A DNA stretch of 64,000 nucleotides from an uncultured Arcobacteraceae bacterium (GTDB taxonomy: Bacteria; Campylobacterota; Campylobacteria; Campylobacterales; Arcobacteraceae), in the NCBI GenBank assembly GCA_964022095.1, contig CAXHZO010000003.1:173415-237414 (forward strand), given 5' to 3'. The position numbers were made by a program, and so were the translations under genes. Below the pieces are notes generated by a model. The model saw nothing but the letters and a program-made list of their open reading frames with translations. It was not told the DNA's origin and ran no database searches. How positions within the stretch are numbered: the first letter of the stretch is position 1; each line of letters opens with the position of its first letter. This document shows, piece by piece, positions 30,001-42,000 of the stretch.

Positions 30001-30227
30001 AGGTATTACAGTTTATAGAGTTTATAGTTGTTCATTATACAAATAAAGTTTTAAATTTCAAAAGATTAAACGAAGAACCAGATGTTGCTTTTGCAAATTT
30101 TGTTGCAAATGAAAAAGATACATTTTATAAAGTTAGAGATCATTTAGATGATTTTATGGTAAAAGAGAATAAAGATATAAAAGAGATTGCAATTACAGTA
30201 AATCAATTGATGGTCTCTTTAATATAA
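27048..30227 (+). CDS. NAD-specific glutamate dehydrogenase (large GDH family, compact form)
   Basis: GVHLRMTKVSRGGLRWSDR, GAKGGF, VVAADKGTA, DAFASGGS, GITARGA, EGGNLGFTQ, DNAGGVNTSDHEVN. Confidence 0.92.
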   Translation: MATSDIQAICSQLLTPEDLAVSDELFNSVLKNGIVTRILENQDNKYIKIFSKEQIFLSNITPLLHNIGLEIIDEVTYNVTNKKEMIYISRFNLNIDSSNKLDSARQNIEEIISYSLKDTSVKHSKAFLLVYEQNFSLRKVNLIRAFIEYLDQAVLEINSSAILNTYTTHHNIAANFVKYFLAKFEPGIKNREKLLSTIETKIRDEIKKVPQILDDKILNLTFSFLCALLRTNYFLEQETISLKIDTACFGKDLKGLQPNIENFIFHQDFYGVHLRMTKVSRGGLRWSDRQDDYRQEVKSLMITQEGKNSIIIPSGAKGGFVIKKEDISKDFFVEIYSKFINANLDLVDNLIDGEVVKNDNVVSYDDDDYYFVVAADKGTASMSDVANNIAISRNYWLGDAFASGGSNGYGHKDLGITARGAIMSTKRFFIEDNIDIYKDEVSVVGLGSMSGDVFGNGMIESEKFKLLAAISHKDIFIDPNPDIKKSYLERKRLFESKNGGWSNYDIKLISQGGGIFKRSDKEIELSPEIKKLINTTKKTISGEELAKKLLTLDVDMLFNGGVGTYVKSSDENNLDIGDKQNEAVRVDANELRAKVVCEGGNLGFTQKARIEYALSGGRINLDGIDNAGGVNTSDHEVNLKVLLNIIKSQGILDENQAKNTFHSLTDQIVQMVLDNNYEQACVISMDEQFSRKYPNDFIKAIDVLENELVSFNKPAFYIPKKDNMNEIIDIHDSMVRPVLGSILSYSKIFLKKILLESSLIDDSFFLQYLFKYFPKSFVGAYEQQILNHPLKKEIIATVIADIIINHQGVTFISDYEKLGKDKFLLKIKSFLVVRELFGADEIRNKIYSQDYILSSEKQYKLIAKLEYILYASTKWMVKYLKKNQLDSSHIIDHKDELFTLLAQVHNQKVEALIPEDDKFNKFFSVIDYLRFAVAAIVIKENTNHSFKDVIVLFYSLIHEFNILEIIIALNKVNISSPSDLTLRNQVLQFIEFIVVHYTNKVLNFKRLNEEPDVAFANFVANEKDTFYKVRDHLDDFMVKENKDIKEIAITVNQLMVSLI

Positions 30228-30287
30228 GTTTAGATTATAAATATTATTTAAGTTAAACTTATGATATAATTCACAAAAGGAGAAATT

Positions 30288-30497
30288 ATGAGTGATATGA
30301 ATAATGAACCAAGTTTAGAAAAAATAGATGATTATAATGGTAATGAGTCAAAAGAAAAAAAGAATACAGTAATAAAAGTTATAATATTTTGTTTAGCTGT
30401 TGGAGCACTTTTTACTTATTTAAGAACGACATCAGTTCCTGATGATTATGTTGGAACAGAAGATAAACCAGGTATAAGTACTACAAAATTAAAATAG
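30288..30497 (+). CDS. Small single-TM hypothetical protein
   Basis: 69 aa, AGGAG RBS, TATAAT upstream, one hydrophobic helix. Confidence 0.7.
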   Translation: MSDMNNEPSLEKIDDYNGNESKEKKNTVIKVIIFCLAVGALFTYLRTTSVPDDYVGTEDKPGISTTKLK

Positions 30498-30499
30498 TG

Positions 30500-30527
30500 T
30501 AAAGCTCTATATACTAATAGAGCTTTA
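30500..30527. terminator. Bidirectional terminator-like hairpin
   Basis: TAAAGCTCTAT-atacta-ATAGAGCTTTA between convergent genes. Confidence 0.65.
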
Positions 30528-31679
30528 TACAAATAACTTTTTGTTTTTTATAACTAAAGTTATAGTAATAATCAAAACAATGCATAATAAATAAATCATA
30601 ATATCCCAACTATAGTTTTCGTAAATAACTGATGGAATAAAAGATCCAAAAGCTCCTCCTAGATAATAAAAAGTTAGATACATTCCAGAAGTAAGTGACT
30701 TTTGAGACTCTTTCATAGAGTTTGCAAGTCCAGTACTAACACTATGAACTGTAAACATACCTAAACAAAAAAGAAATATTAGTAAAAATACAACTAGTAC
30801 ATTCTCTACAATCAATGTTGAAGTTATCAAAATAAAAAATAGTATACCAACTAAAATTGTATTTAGTTCATTTTTAAAAAACTTTATGATTTTTCTTGAA
30901 TTTAAAGAGACTAAAATTCCAACACCATATCCTAAATAAAGTAAGGATATTTGAAATTCTGAGATGTCATTTGATAACTCTTTTACTCTAAATGGTAAGA
31001 CATTTAATACTCCTGCAAATACAAAAAATGTACAAAACATCAAAAAGTAAATTGTAGTAAATCTTTTATCTTTTAAAATTGCAGTTATGTCACTAATTTT
31101 AGGTTTAACAATAGTTGCTTCACCTTCATATGAAAGCTTATTAATAAAATATATTGAAATAAGTATAGCAATAGACAGTGAATAAAACACATATTCATAT
31201 GAAAAATTTGTGGCTATAAAACCTGAGAAAATTCTTCCTATCAAACCTCCAAAAACAGTAGCTGCAACGTATATAGACATATTAAATTTTATATTCTTCT
31301 TATCTATATTTGCAAGTATACTCATAAGAGAGGTTAATATAGCTGGAACAATTAATGCTTCAATAGTTCTAAAAAATAAAAAGAGTTCATAATTAGTACT
31401 TAGTGCTAAAAAAATATTTGTAATAAATAGAATAATTGAAGAGTTTATTAACATTTTTTTTGCGTTTACTTTTTCTAAAATATATCCATATATAATAGGA
31501 GAAACTGCTAAAAATAGCATAATTACAGCAGTAAACTGTGAAGCTTTTGTAACTGAGATATTAAATTCATTTGCTAAAAGTGGTTGGAGTGGTTGAGTTG
31601 CATACATTACTGATAAAACAATAATAATACAATATATAATAATAAGTAAATCAAATCTTTTCATTTTTGTCCTGTTCAA
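30525..31679 (-). CDS. MFS transporter (YnfM-like)
   Basis: MYATQPLQPLL, GGLIGRIFSG, GMYLTFYYLGG; ~12 TM. Confidence 0.88.
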   Translation of the reverse strand: MNRTKMKRFDLLIIIYCIIIVLSVMYATQPLQPLLANEFNISVTKASQFTAVIMLFLAVSPIIYGYILEKVNAKKMLINSSIILFITNIFLALSTNYELFLFFRTIEALIVPAILTSLMSILANIDKKNIKFNMSIYVAATVFGGLIGRIFSGFIATNFSYEYVFYSLSIAILISIYFINKLSYEGEATIVKPKISDITAILKDKRFTTIYFLMFCTFFVFAGVLNVLPFRVKELSNDISEFQISLLYLGYGVGILVSLNSRKIIKFFKNELNTILVGILFFILITSTLIVENVLVVFLLIFLFCLGMFTVHSVSTGLANSMKESQKSLTSGMYLTFYYLGGAFGSFIPSVIYENYSWDIMIYLLCIVLIITITLVIKNKKLFV

Positions 31680-31712
31680 ATGATATAATACAAAAAAATA
31701 AAAGGTAATAAA

Positions 31713-33014
31713 ATGTTATTCCAGTTAAATAAATATCATGCTTTAACTAAACATTCACATAATTCTGTTCGTATTAATCCAAATAGGGTAGATTGGAATA
31801 ATCCACCAAATAGATTCAAATTTTATCCAAATAATTTTAAAAGAATCTCCTTAAATCAAGAAGAAGATGTTTTTGATTTTTTATATCTAATTGCAGGTAT
31901 TACTGCAAAAAAGACATATCCAGGTGTTGAGTACTATTTAAGAGTAAATCCTAGTGCTGGTGCTTTATATCCAAATGAAATCTATTTTCAAGTAAGAAAT
32001 GAAAAGGAATTTGAAGATGGCATTTATCATTATGAAGTTGGAAGTTCTAATTTAACTTTGTTAAAAAAGTTAAAAGAAAATGAAGGAATAGAATCAAATT
32101 TGGGATTTGATAATACTTATGATGGCTTTATATTTTTAATCTCTTCTATATATTATCGTTCATCTTGGAAGTATAAAAATAGAGCATTTAGATATTGTTT
32201 ATTGGATGCTGGACATTTAATAGGAACTATGGAAGCAAGTTCATATATTTATGATAAAAATATAAAAACTTTTTTTGATTTTGATAAGAAATCACTAAAT
32301 AAACTATTTAGTTTTGATGAAAAAGAGTTTTTTACTGCATGTGTAGTTTGCTTTAATAAAGAGCATAAAAAAGATGTTTCTCCAGTACATTTAGAATTAC
32401 CTTTAGTTGATGGTACAGCCCATAAAGAAGAGTTTAATTTGTATGAAAAAAATGAAGTTATTAAAAATGCTTATGAAGAGTCATTAAAATTAAATCATAA
32501 AAATCCAAATAATAACTCTTTAGACTTGCATTTAAATAAAAATTATTTTAAAGAAATAGTACTAAAAAGAAGGTCTATTAGAGAGTTTACAAAAAAATCA
32601 ATAACTAAAGAACAATTTGAGTGTATCTATAACATGATAAGTGGCCATTTTACAAGTGATACTGATGAAAATATCGATATTTTTTATGTTATTAATAGAG
32701 TAGAAAATATGAAAATGGGTCTTTATAAAAATAAGAATATTTTAAGAATTGGAGAGGAATCAAAAAAAGCTGGATATTTATGTTTGGAACAAACTTTAGG
32801 TAGTTTTAGTGCAGTAACATTCTTTTTTACTACAAAAAGTAATAATTATCAAGAAGCATATCAAAAGGCAGGAGTTATTGGACAAAGATTATATCTTATC
32901 TCAAATTATTTAGGTATAGGATGTAGTGGAATAGGGGCTTATTATGATGATGAAGTGTGCGAATTTATTAAAGAGCAACAAATGATTTTATATGCAATGG
33001 CAATTGGTAATTAA
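31713..33014 (+). CDS. SagB/ThcOx-like nitroreductase family protein (two domains)
   Basis: LRVNPSAGALYP, WKYKNRAFRYCLLDAGH, KRRSIREF, IGCSGIGAYYDD. Confidence 0.85.
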   Translation: MLFQLNKYHALTKHSHNSVRINPNRVDWNNPPNRFKFYPNNFKRISLNQEEDVFDFLYLIAGITAKKTYPGVEYYLRVNPSAGALYPNEIYFQVRNEKEFEDGIYHYEVGSSNLTLLKKLKENEGIESNLGFDNTYDGFIFLISSIYYRSSWKYKNRAFRYCLLDAGHLIGTMEASSYIYDKNIKTFFDFDKKSLNKLFSFDEKEFFTACVVCFNKEHKKDVSPVHLELPLVDGTAHKEEFNLYEKNEVIKNAYEESLKLNHKNPNNNSLDLHLNKNYFKEIVLKRRSIREFTKKSITKEQFECIYNMISGHFTSDTDENIDIFYVINRVENMKMGLYKNKNILRIGEESKKAGYLCLEQTLGSFSAVTFFFTTKSNNYQEAYQKAGVIGQRLYLISNYLGIGCSGIGAYYDDEVCEFIKEQQMILYAMAIGN

Positions 33015-33099
33015 GCTAATAATAAATCACTAAGTAATAAATTATTATTTTTTAGATATAATCACATTAATATGTTAAATATCATAATGAGAAATAATA

Positions 33100-36000
33100 A
33101 TGGCTAAATTTTTTGAATTAAATGTAAAACAATCAAATGTTGACTTTAGAGATTTAAAATCAAATGAAATTTTAGATTTAAAATCAATTTTAAATCTAAT
33201 TCAAAATTATAAATTAAAAAATAAGAAAATAATAGTATATGAAAACAGTGTTTATACTATTGTTGAAGTATTAAATTTATTACAAGAAACAGAAACTTTT
33301 AAAAATCAAAATTTTGCAGAAATATTATTAAAAGTAGAAGAACAAGAAGTTCCTCAAAAAAAAGATGATTTTGTACAAAAAGATCTAGTAAACGATAATT
33401 TAACAATCTTAGAACAATTATACAAAAAAGGTATGATTGAAAAAAATCAACTAAAAAAACAAAAAACTCTTATTGATGAAGATACTCAAGACTCAACAGA
33501 TTTTATACCATACAAAACTACAATTTCTGGATTATTTGTTAGGAATATTACAGAAGATGAAATTATAAGTGAAAAAATAACTATATATAACTCTTTGGGT
33601 GAAAAATTAAATTTTATTGATGAGTCTATAAATGGTAGCTTTGGATACTTAAAAGTGTCATCTAATAAATGGATTTATACCTTAGAAGATGAAATACAAA
33701 AATTAAATGATGGTGATAAATTAGTTGAAAATTTTATAATTGAATTAGAAGATGGGACTAAACAAAATATTGAAATTTCTATTATTGGAGTAAATGATTA
33801 TCCATTTATAGAAAACACGAATTTAGTTTTAGTAGAAGATTCTATGATAAATGGTCAGATTAATTATTTTGATGTTGATAGTTCTGTAGAGATTTTATAT
33901 GATGGATCAATTGAAGGTTTACAAATCAATAAAGATGGCTCATATACTTTTAATTCTGATGCTTATGATTTTTTATCAAAAGATAAATCACTTTTTTTGA
34001 AAACAACAGTTCAAATTATAGATGAACAAGGTGCAACTGAAAAAAGTGATTTTAATATCTCAATAACAGGTACGAATGATTATCCAACAATTGATATTCA
34101 AAGTAGTATTTCAACAATAGAAGATAAAACTGTTAGTGTAGCTTTCTCAACTAGTGATATTGACGGATTAATTGTTTCAACATATGCAAGTGCATTAAAT
34201 GGAAAAACAATTTTAAATGGTAATGAACTAATATATATCCCAAATGATGATTTTAATGGAATAGATACTATTACTTTAAATGCTAAAGATGATTCAGGAG
34301 CAATTACTCAAAAAGAGATTTTAGTTGATATCAAAGCTATAAATGATAAGCCAAAAACTAGTTTAATTGAAGGATATGATAAGTTTTTAGATGAATCTGA
34401 ACTTAATGACTTCTTAGGTGTTAGTAATAGTTTACTTATAATTTCTCATGAAGAGATTTTATCAAAGAGTAAAATAATTGATGTTGATAGTAATAATTTT
34501 GAAATCACTTTAAATCCTGAAGATATAACTTTTACAAAAGATGGAATGGATTACTCTTTTGTAAATACTACCATGGGTGTAAAACAAGTCGATCTTTTAT
34601 TTAAGATGATGAATCCGGATGTTCAAGCGCAAATTGGTGATTTTTTAGTTTATAACACAAGTTTTGATTCTCTAAATACTGGGGATGAAGTAGATGTTAA
34701 ATTTTATATAAATATTTATGATGGTGAAGATTACTCTGAAAAACTTCCAGTAGAATTTAAAGTAATTGGCTCAAATGATGCCCCTGTTATTGATGAAATT
34801 TCAGTAATAAATGTAAATGAAGATGAACAAAGTCAAAACTTTAAAGTAACAGGAAGTGATATTGATACAGATTCTTCTTTTTTATTTTCAATTGATGAAA
34901 GTGTTGATGGTCTAAGTTTTGATGAAAATGGAAATGCTTCTTTTGATCCAACTCATCCAACATATCAATACCTAAATGAAGGTGAATTAAAAACTATTAC
35001 AATTCCTGTGAGCATCACAGATGAAAATGCTGCAACAAATAGTACTTATTTAACTATAAATATTTTAGGTACAAATGATGAACCAAAAATTGAGAATAAA
35101 CTTTTAAGTGTTAATGAAGGTGATATTGTAGTTAATGGATATTTAGCAGGTGTGGATGCTGATACATCAGCTGTTTTAACATATACAACTACAAGTGTTG
35201 TTGCAGGTTTTGTTTTAAATTCAAATGGAACATACTCTTTAGATTTAAATGAGTATAGATATTTATCTTTAGATGAAGAATTAAATTTAGATATTCCAAT
35301 ATTAGTTACTGATGATAATAGCGCAACAAATAGCAGCACTTTAAGTGTAAAAATTATAGGTACAAATGAAGTTCCAAGTATTAAATTTATAACAGAACTT
35401 GCTATAAATGAAGATGACTCTATTGCAAGTGGTCAAATTATTTCAGAAGATATTGATAAAGATGCAATTTTAACATGTAGTACTAACTCATTAGTTGAAG
35501 GATTTACACTAGAAGAAAATGGTACTTATACTTTTGATGCATCTTCATATCAATATTTAGTAGAAAATGAGATTTTAGTGCTTACTATACCAGTTACACT
35601 TAGTGATGAGAATAATGCAACAACGAGTGATAATATTACTATACAAATAACTGGAAGAAATGATATTCCGGTTATAACTTCAATTGAACAAAAGAACCTT
35701 TTTGAAGATGATTTAATTTTAAATGGACAAATTATTGGAAATGATGCTGATGATGGAGCAGTTTTAACTTACTCTACAACAGCATCTTTATCAGGTTTTA
35801 CTTTTAATAGTGATGGAAGTTATAGTTTTGATCCCTCACTTAGTGATTATCAAAGTTTAAGTAGCGATGATACTTTAACTTTTTCAATCCCAATTACACT
35901 TACTGATGATAAAGGTACAAGTACTACAGAAGATTTTGTTATAAAACTAACTGGAACAAATGACTATCCAATTTTAACTTTAGATAGTTCAATTTCAACA

Positions 36001-39000
36001 TTAGAAGATACAACTACAAGGGTAAATTACTCTGCTAGTGATATTGATAGTAATATAGGAATAGTTGGAAGTGCTTTAAATGGTGTAGTAATTATAAATG
36101 ATAATGGAACAATTGATTATACTCCAAATTCAAATTTTAATGGAGTTGATACAATAAGTGTAACAGTAACTGATGATAAAGGTGCAAGTGTTACAAAAAC
36201 TTCAACAATAAATGTTCAACCAGTAAATGATACCCCAATAATAGATACAGTAACTTCAAATGATATAGAAGAAGAAAGTGTTGACTTGAGCACTATTATT
36301 GGAAAAGTAAATGTAAGTGATAATGATGTAAATACAACATTGATTTATACTATAAATGATGCAAATAATTATGTTCAAGTTGATGATGAAGGAAATGTAA
36401 CATTAACTCAAGAAGGTATAGATGCTATTAATTTAGATACATCTTCACCAGATTTAGAAGATTTTACATACACTGTGTCAGTTAGTGATGGTATTGAAAG
36501 TGTAACAACTGCAACTCAAAAAATTGATATTACTAGAGTAAATGATGAAGCACCTATATTTAGTACAAATATTGGAAATGACATTACAGAAAATTCATTA
36601 AACACATCTACTGTAGTAGCAACTTTTAGTGCAAATGATAATGACGATGGTGATAGTTTAATATATGCAATAAAAACAGGAAATGAATTAGGATACTTTA
36701 ATATAAATAGTGCAACAGGAGATGTAACATTAACTCAAGATGGAGTTGATGCTATTAATTCTGATGTGGGAGTTGATTTAATAAAACTTCAAATAGTAGT
36801 TGAAGTAACTGATGGAAATAATCATAAGACTGATTCTTTACTAACTGATATTAATATTACAAGAGTAAATGATAATGCTCCAATAGTTGTTGTAGATGCA
36901 ACAAGTGTAGATGAAGACTCAACTGTAAGTGTTGATGTTTTAGCAAATGATAGTGACTTAGATGATGGAAATACTTTAACTTTAACAAGTGTTAGTTCAT
37001 CAAAAGGTGAAACAAGTATAGTTGACAATAAATTAGTATTTGATACGGCAAATGACTTTGAATCATTAGGAGATAATCAAAGTGAAGATGTAGATGTAAC
37101 ATATACTGTAAGTGATGGGATATTAACATCAACATCAACAGCAACTATTAGTGTTAATGGAGTAAATGATGCCCCAACTGCAGTTGATGATTTAAAAGAA
37201 ACTTTAGATTATGGTGTATTGAATAATGGTGTTACTGGTACTGATAATGCAACTGGAATCGGTTACATTATGTATTCCCAAGAAAATGTTTTTGATAGAT
37301 TTTCAAGTATTTATAATGGAAATGCGCAGCATTTAGTTTCCGTAAAATTTATGGATGCTAAGTGGTACTATGACACAAATAGTAAGTATGTTGAATTTAC
37401 TCCAGTTACTACAGATCGTTTATTAGCCCAATTAGACTTTACAAATGATACAGCAAATGAACTATCAGGTATTAGTAATCCTAGTTATCAAATTGAGGGA
37501 ATTAATGCTGGTTATTTTGATGGAGATTTTAAAGTTACTCCAAATATTTGGGCTGGAGCTTCTAATGCTGGAGAATTTGCAATTAGTGGAGCTATTAATA
37601 TTGGAAGTTTAACAAATCCACTGCTTACAGCTGAAGATACAGCAATAACAATTTTTGCTAGCGATTTATTGTCAAATGATATAGATCCAGATACAAATGA
37701 TACATTAAATTTAATCAGTGTATCCCACCCTACAAATGGAACAGTAAGTATTGATTTAAATGGAGATGTTTTATTTACTCCTACTTCAAATTTTAGCGGA
37801 AATGCTACCTTTGAATATACAATTAGTGATGGAAATGGTGAAACAAGCACAGCAGCTGTAACAGTGAGTGTAACTGAAGATGGATATACACTAATACCAA
37901 CTATTGATTTAATTGATTCTAGTGATACGGGAAGTTCTAATAATGATGATATTACAAGTGATACAACTCCTACCTTTGAAGGAACTACTGAACCAAATGC
38001 AACTGTAAAAATCTATGATGAATCAAATAATATTATAGGTCAAAGTACAGCAGATTCAAGTGGAAATTATACTATTACAACATCTGCTTTAAGTGATGGA
38101 ACTCAAACACTTACTGTTAGAGTAAGTGATAGTTCAAGTAATGAAGAATCAACTACTCAAGTAATTACAATAGATACCGCAATTTCATTAAGTGTTTCAA
38201 ATATTCAAAATATAAGAGAAGATGTAAATGATGGTGGTACTATTGATACTACTGCACCAGATATCAATGCTGGAACAGCGCAACAAGTTGTTGCAACACT
38301 AAGTAGTGATACAGATGTGACATATGGTATTGATAATTCAAAATTTGAAGTTATTGGAAATGAAGTAAGAGTAAAAGATGGTTCAATTTTTGATTATGAA
38401 ACATCTACAAGTGAGAGTATTAAAATTACTGTAACTGATAAAGCAGGGAATACTACAGATAGCACATTTAGTGTAAATATTACAGATTATGAAGGTTCAT
38501 ATACTTCAACAACAACTAGTAAAATAACTGGAACTAGTGAAGAAGATACCCTAAGTGGAAATGATGAAAAAAATAAGTTTAAGTCAAGTTTAGGTGCTGA
38601 TAGTATGGATGGTGGTTCAAATAATGATGCTTTATATTATGATAATTCAGATGAAGCAGTAAACTTAAATTTAAATACAAATATAAATACAGGTGGAACA
38701 GCCCAAGGCGATACTATTTTTAATATAGAACAATATTATTTATCAGACTATAATGATGAAATAATAGCAGATGATAATACAGATACTTTTTATTTAGGTG
38801 ATGGGGATGATACTATTTATGGAAATGGTGGGAATGATTATATTTATGGTGGAGAAGGAGCAGATTATATAGATGGGGGAGAATCTTCAAAAGATAGAGA
38901 TACTTCTTTTTACACTGACTCACTTGAAGGCGTTACTGTAAATTTATTAACAAATATAAACACAGGTGGAACAGCTCAAGGTGATACATTAGTAAATATT

Positions 39001-42000
39001 GAAAGAATCCAAGGTAGTAATTACAGTGATAATATTACAGGGGATAATGAAAATAATATACTTTATGGTAATGACGGTGATGATATTATAAATGCTAAAG
39101 GTGGAACTGATACTATAATAGGTGGAAGTGGTAATGATACAGCACTATTTGATGGAAATAAAGCTGATTATACTATCTCTTATGATTCCACAAAGACAAG
39201 ATATATTATTACAAATATAAATACATCTGATAAAACTTATGTATCTGATGATGTCGAAAATATTGTTTTTGCTGATGGAAGTTTTACTCAAGAAGATTTA
39301 ATTTTAGAAGGTACTAATGATAGTGATTTTTTCATGGACGAAAATACTGCATTGACTATTACTCCAAGTGAAATTTTGAGAAATGATACAGATGAAGATA
39401 TTTCAAATCTGACGATTGTTTCAGTTGATAATTCGTCAAATGGAACAGTTGTTTTAAATGGACAAGATATTGAATTCACTCCTGCTACTGATTTTTATGG
39501 TGAAGCTACATTTACTTATTCTGTAAGTGATGGAAATGATATTGATACAGTTACTGTAACAGTTGATGTTAATAATATTCCCAAAGCAAATGAAGATATT
39601 CCTCAGTCTGAACATACAATAGAAATATGTTCAATAGGAAATGATAATCCAGAGATCTCATCATCAATTAGAGGTGTTAAAATAGATGGTAGTAGTGTTC
39701 CTATAGTTAATCAAAGAGGTTTAACAATAACTGTTTTAGATGATGATTTAAATATTGTTTTAAACGAAAGGTTCGATACTTATTCATCTTTAGATGATTC
39801 GAATTTACTAGCAACTAAAATAGAAGAAATAAAAGCTATGGATTTAAGTCTTAAAGTTATTTTCACAACTTCTGATGAATGGACAAAAAATTTAAATCAA
39901 AATGCAAAAGATGCTTTAATTTCTATTGGAGCAAATAGTGAGATATTAAATAGTATTCAAATGACATCTAATGATGTAACTTATCGAAGTGCATATGCTT
40001 TAGTCGTAGATAAAGTTGAAGATAATTATTATAATAGTTTCGAAGAGTTTAGCTATAGGTATGGAGAGTCAATTAATCATACTATAGAAATTGGAAGTTT
40101 AATTACTACAGAGGATAAAGTATTCTATTTTGATATTGATACATTATTAAATAATGATACAGACTTTGACAATGATACAATTTCATTAGTATCAATTGAA
40201 AACCCAACTTATAATAATATTCAAGCAGGAACTTTTGAAATAGTTGAAATAAATGGTATATCAAAAATTAAGTTTATCCCAAATGACAATTTAGATTTCT
40301 TAGGAAATAACGAATCAATAAATATTGATTTTAGCTATACAATAAAAGATAGTCATAATTCGCAAGATAGTATTACAAGTTCATTGAAAATAAATGGGGT
40401 AAATGATAGTGTTGAGTTTCTTGATTCAAGTTTAGAATATCTAAACTTTAATGGAAGTACAGTTTATGAGACAAGTGAAGTAACACAACAAGTAAGAACC
40501 GATGAATTAATACAAGTTGATACATCAAAAACATATAAACTTTCATTTGATGTTACAGCAGGTGATGAAAATGGAAACTATAATCCAACAAATAATCAAT
40601 ACTTTGGAATAGTTTGTTATGATATTGATGGAAATGAGATAAGATATCAAGACTCAGAACACTATGGTACCGGTTCTTATTTAACTCAAGATTTAAATAT
40701 AGGTGATACAAAAATATATATTCAAGATGCTTCTGATTGGTATAATGGAACAGTTAGTGGTTGGAGTGGATTAAAATGGTATGGCTATGAAAACAGTAAT
40801 GGTATCACTTATGATGATTTTACTTACTCTCGAAATCATGAAGTAGGATTATGGGATGAAAATTCAATTATTCAATTAGAAGATGGAACCTATGAAATTA
40901 CTTTAAATGAGCCTTGGAATAATGATACTTTAAGTGCTGGTGATCCAGTTGCTAATGCTAGACTTGGAATGATATTCACATATTCAAACCTAGTTAGTGA
41001 TACCATTAATAGTGGAACAAGTCATGATGAATCTTTTATATCAGATTTCCATAAATATAATGGTTTTAGGCATGGTACAGAGTTTATAAAGGTTGCAGGT
41101 TTAGTTAATTGGGACGATGTAAATGAAGTAGATAGTGAAGGTGATATTGAAGGGGGAGTAATAAGTTACTCAAATATTCTTTTTGAAGAAATAGCTTTAA
41201 AAGAAGATTTAAATACCATAGATAACAATTTAACTACAAGTGGAGAACTAAGCTTTTTAGATACTGATATAAACGATACTCACTTAGTTAGCTATGAAAA
41301 AAATCCTCAAACTATTGGAGATTTATCTTTATTGTTTGATGAAACTACAAAAACAATTACTTACAATTACACAGTAGATAATTCACTTGTTCAATACTTA
41401 AATGAAAGAGAAGTTTTAGATGAAAAGTTTGCTATTAATGTTGAAGATGTAGATTCAAATGGAAATAGATTAGGAACATTTACTTCAAAAGAATTGATAA
41501 TTCAAGTTGCAGGAACAAGTGATAAACCTATAGTAGAAAATGTATATCAATATCAAGATGAAGTTATTAGTGGACTTCAAGATATACATGGAAATGTTCA
41601 ATTAAAAGAAGATTTAGATACAAATGATTCTCACAAGTTTTATTTTGAAACACCTAAAGTTATAGTTGATGGAGTTGATGTTACAGCTGAAATACAAGGT
41701 TTAAATTTAACTATAAATCAATATAACGGCTACTATAAAATAGTGGGTGATTTTAATTTTTTAACCAAAGGTCAAACAGCTGACATTTCTCTTGATTATT
41801 ATGTTATAGATAGTGAAGGTTTAAAATCTGATATTAAAACAATTAATGCAGAAATCTCTGGAGTTAACGATGTTGTTAGCATTAATGATAATATAACTGA
41901 TTCTATAATGACATATAAAGGAAATCATACTGTTTTTGTTGACGGAAGTACAACAAAAACAATGTTGAATTTTCAAACTGATGAATATATAACAGTTGAT

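Noticed and set aside
31713-33014. SagB-like gene as part of a RiPP (azole peptide) cluster
   Set aside because: No YcaO, precursor peptide or peptidase genes nearby; stand-alone nitroreductase-fold proteins are common
35046-39479. Several short minus-strand ORFs inside the adhesin (and similar ones inside the RND, aspA, ppaC, uca and katA genes)
   Set aside because: Antisense shadows caused by codon bias of the long sense ORFs
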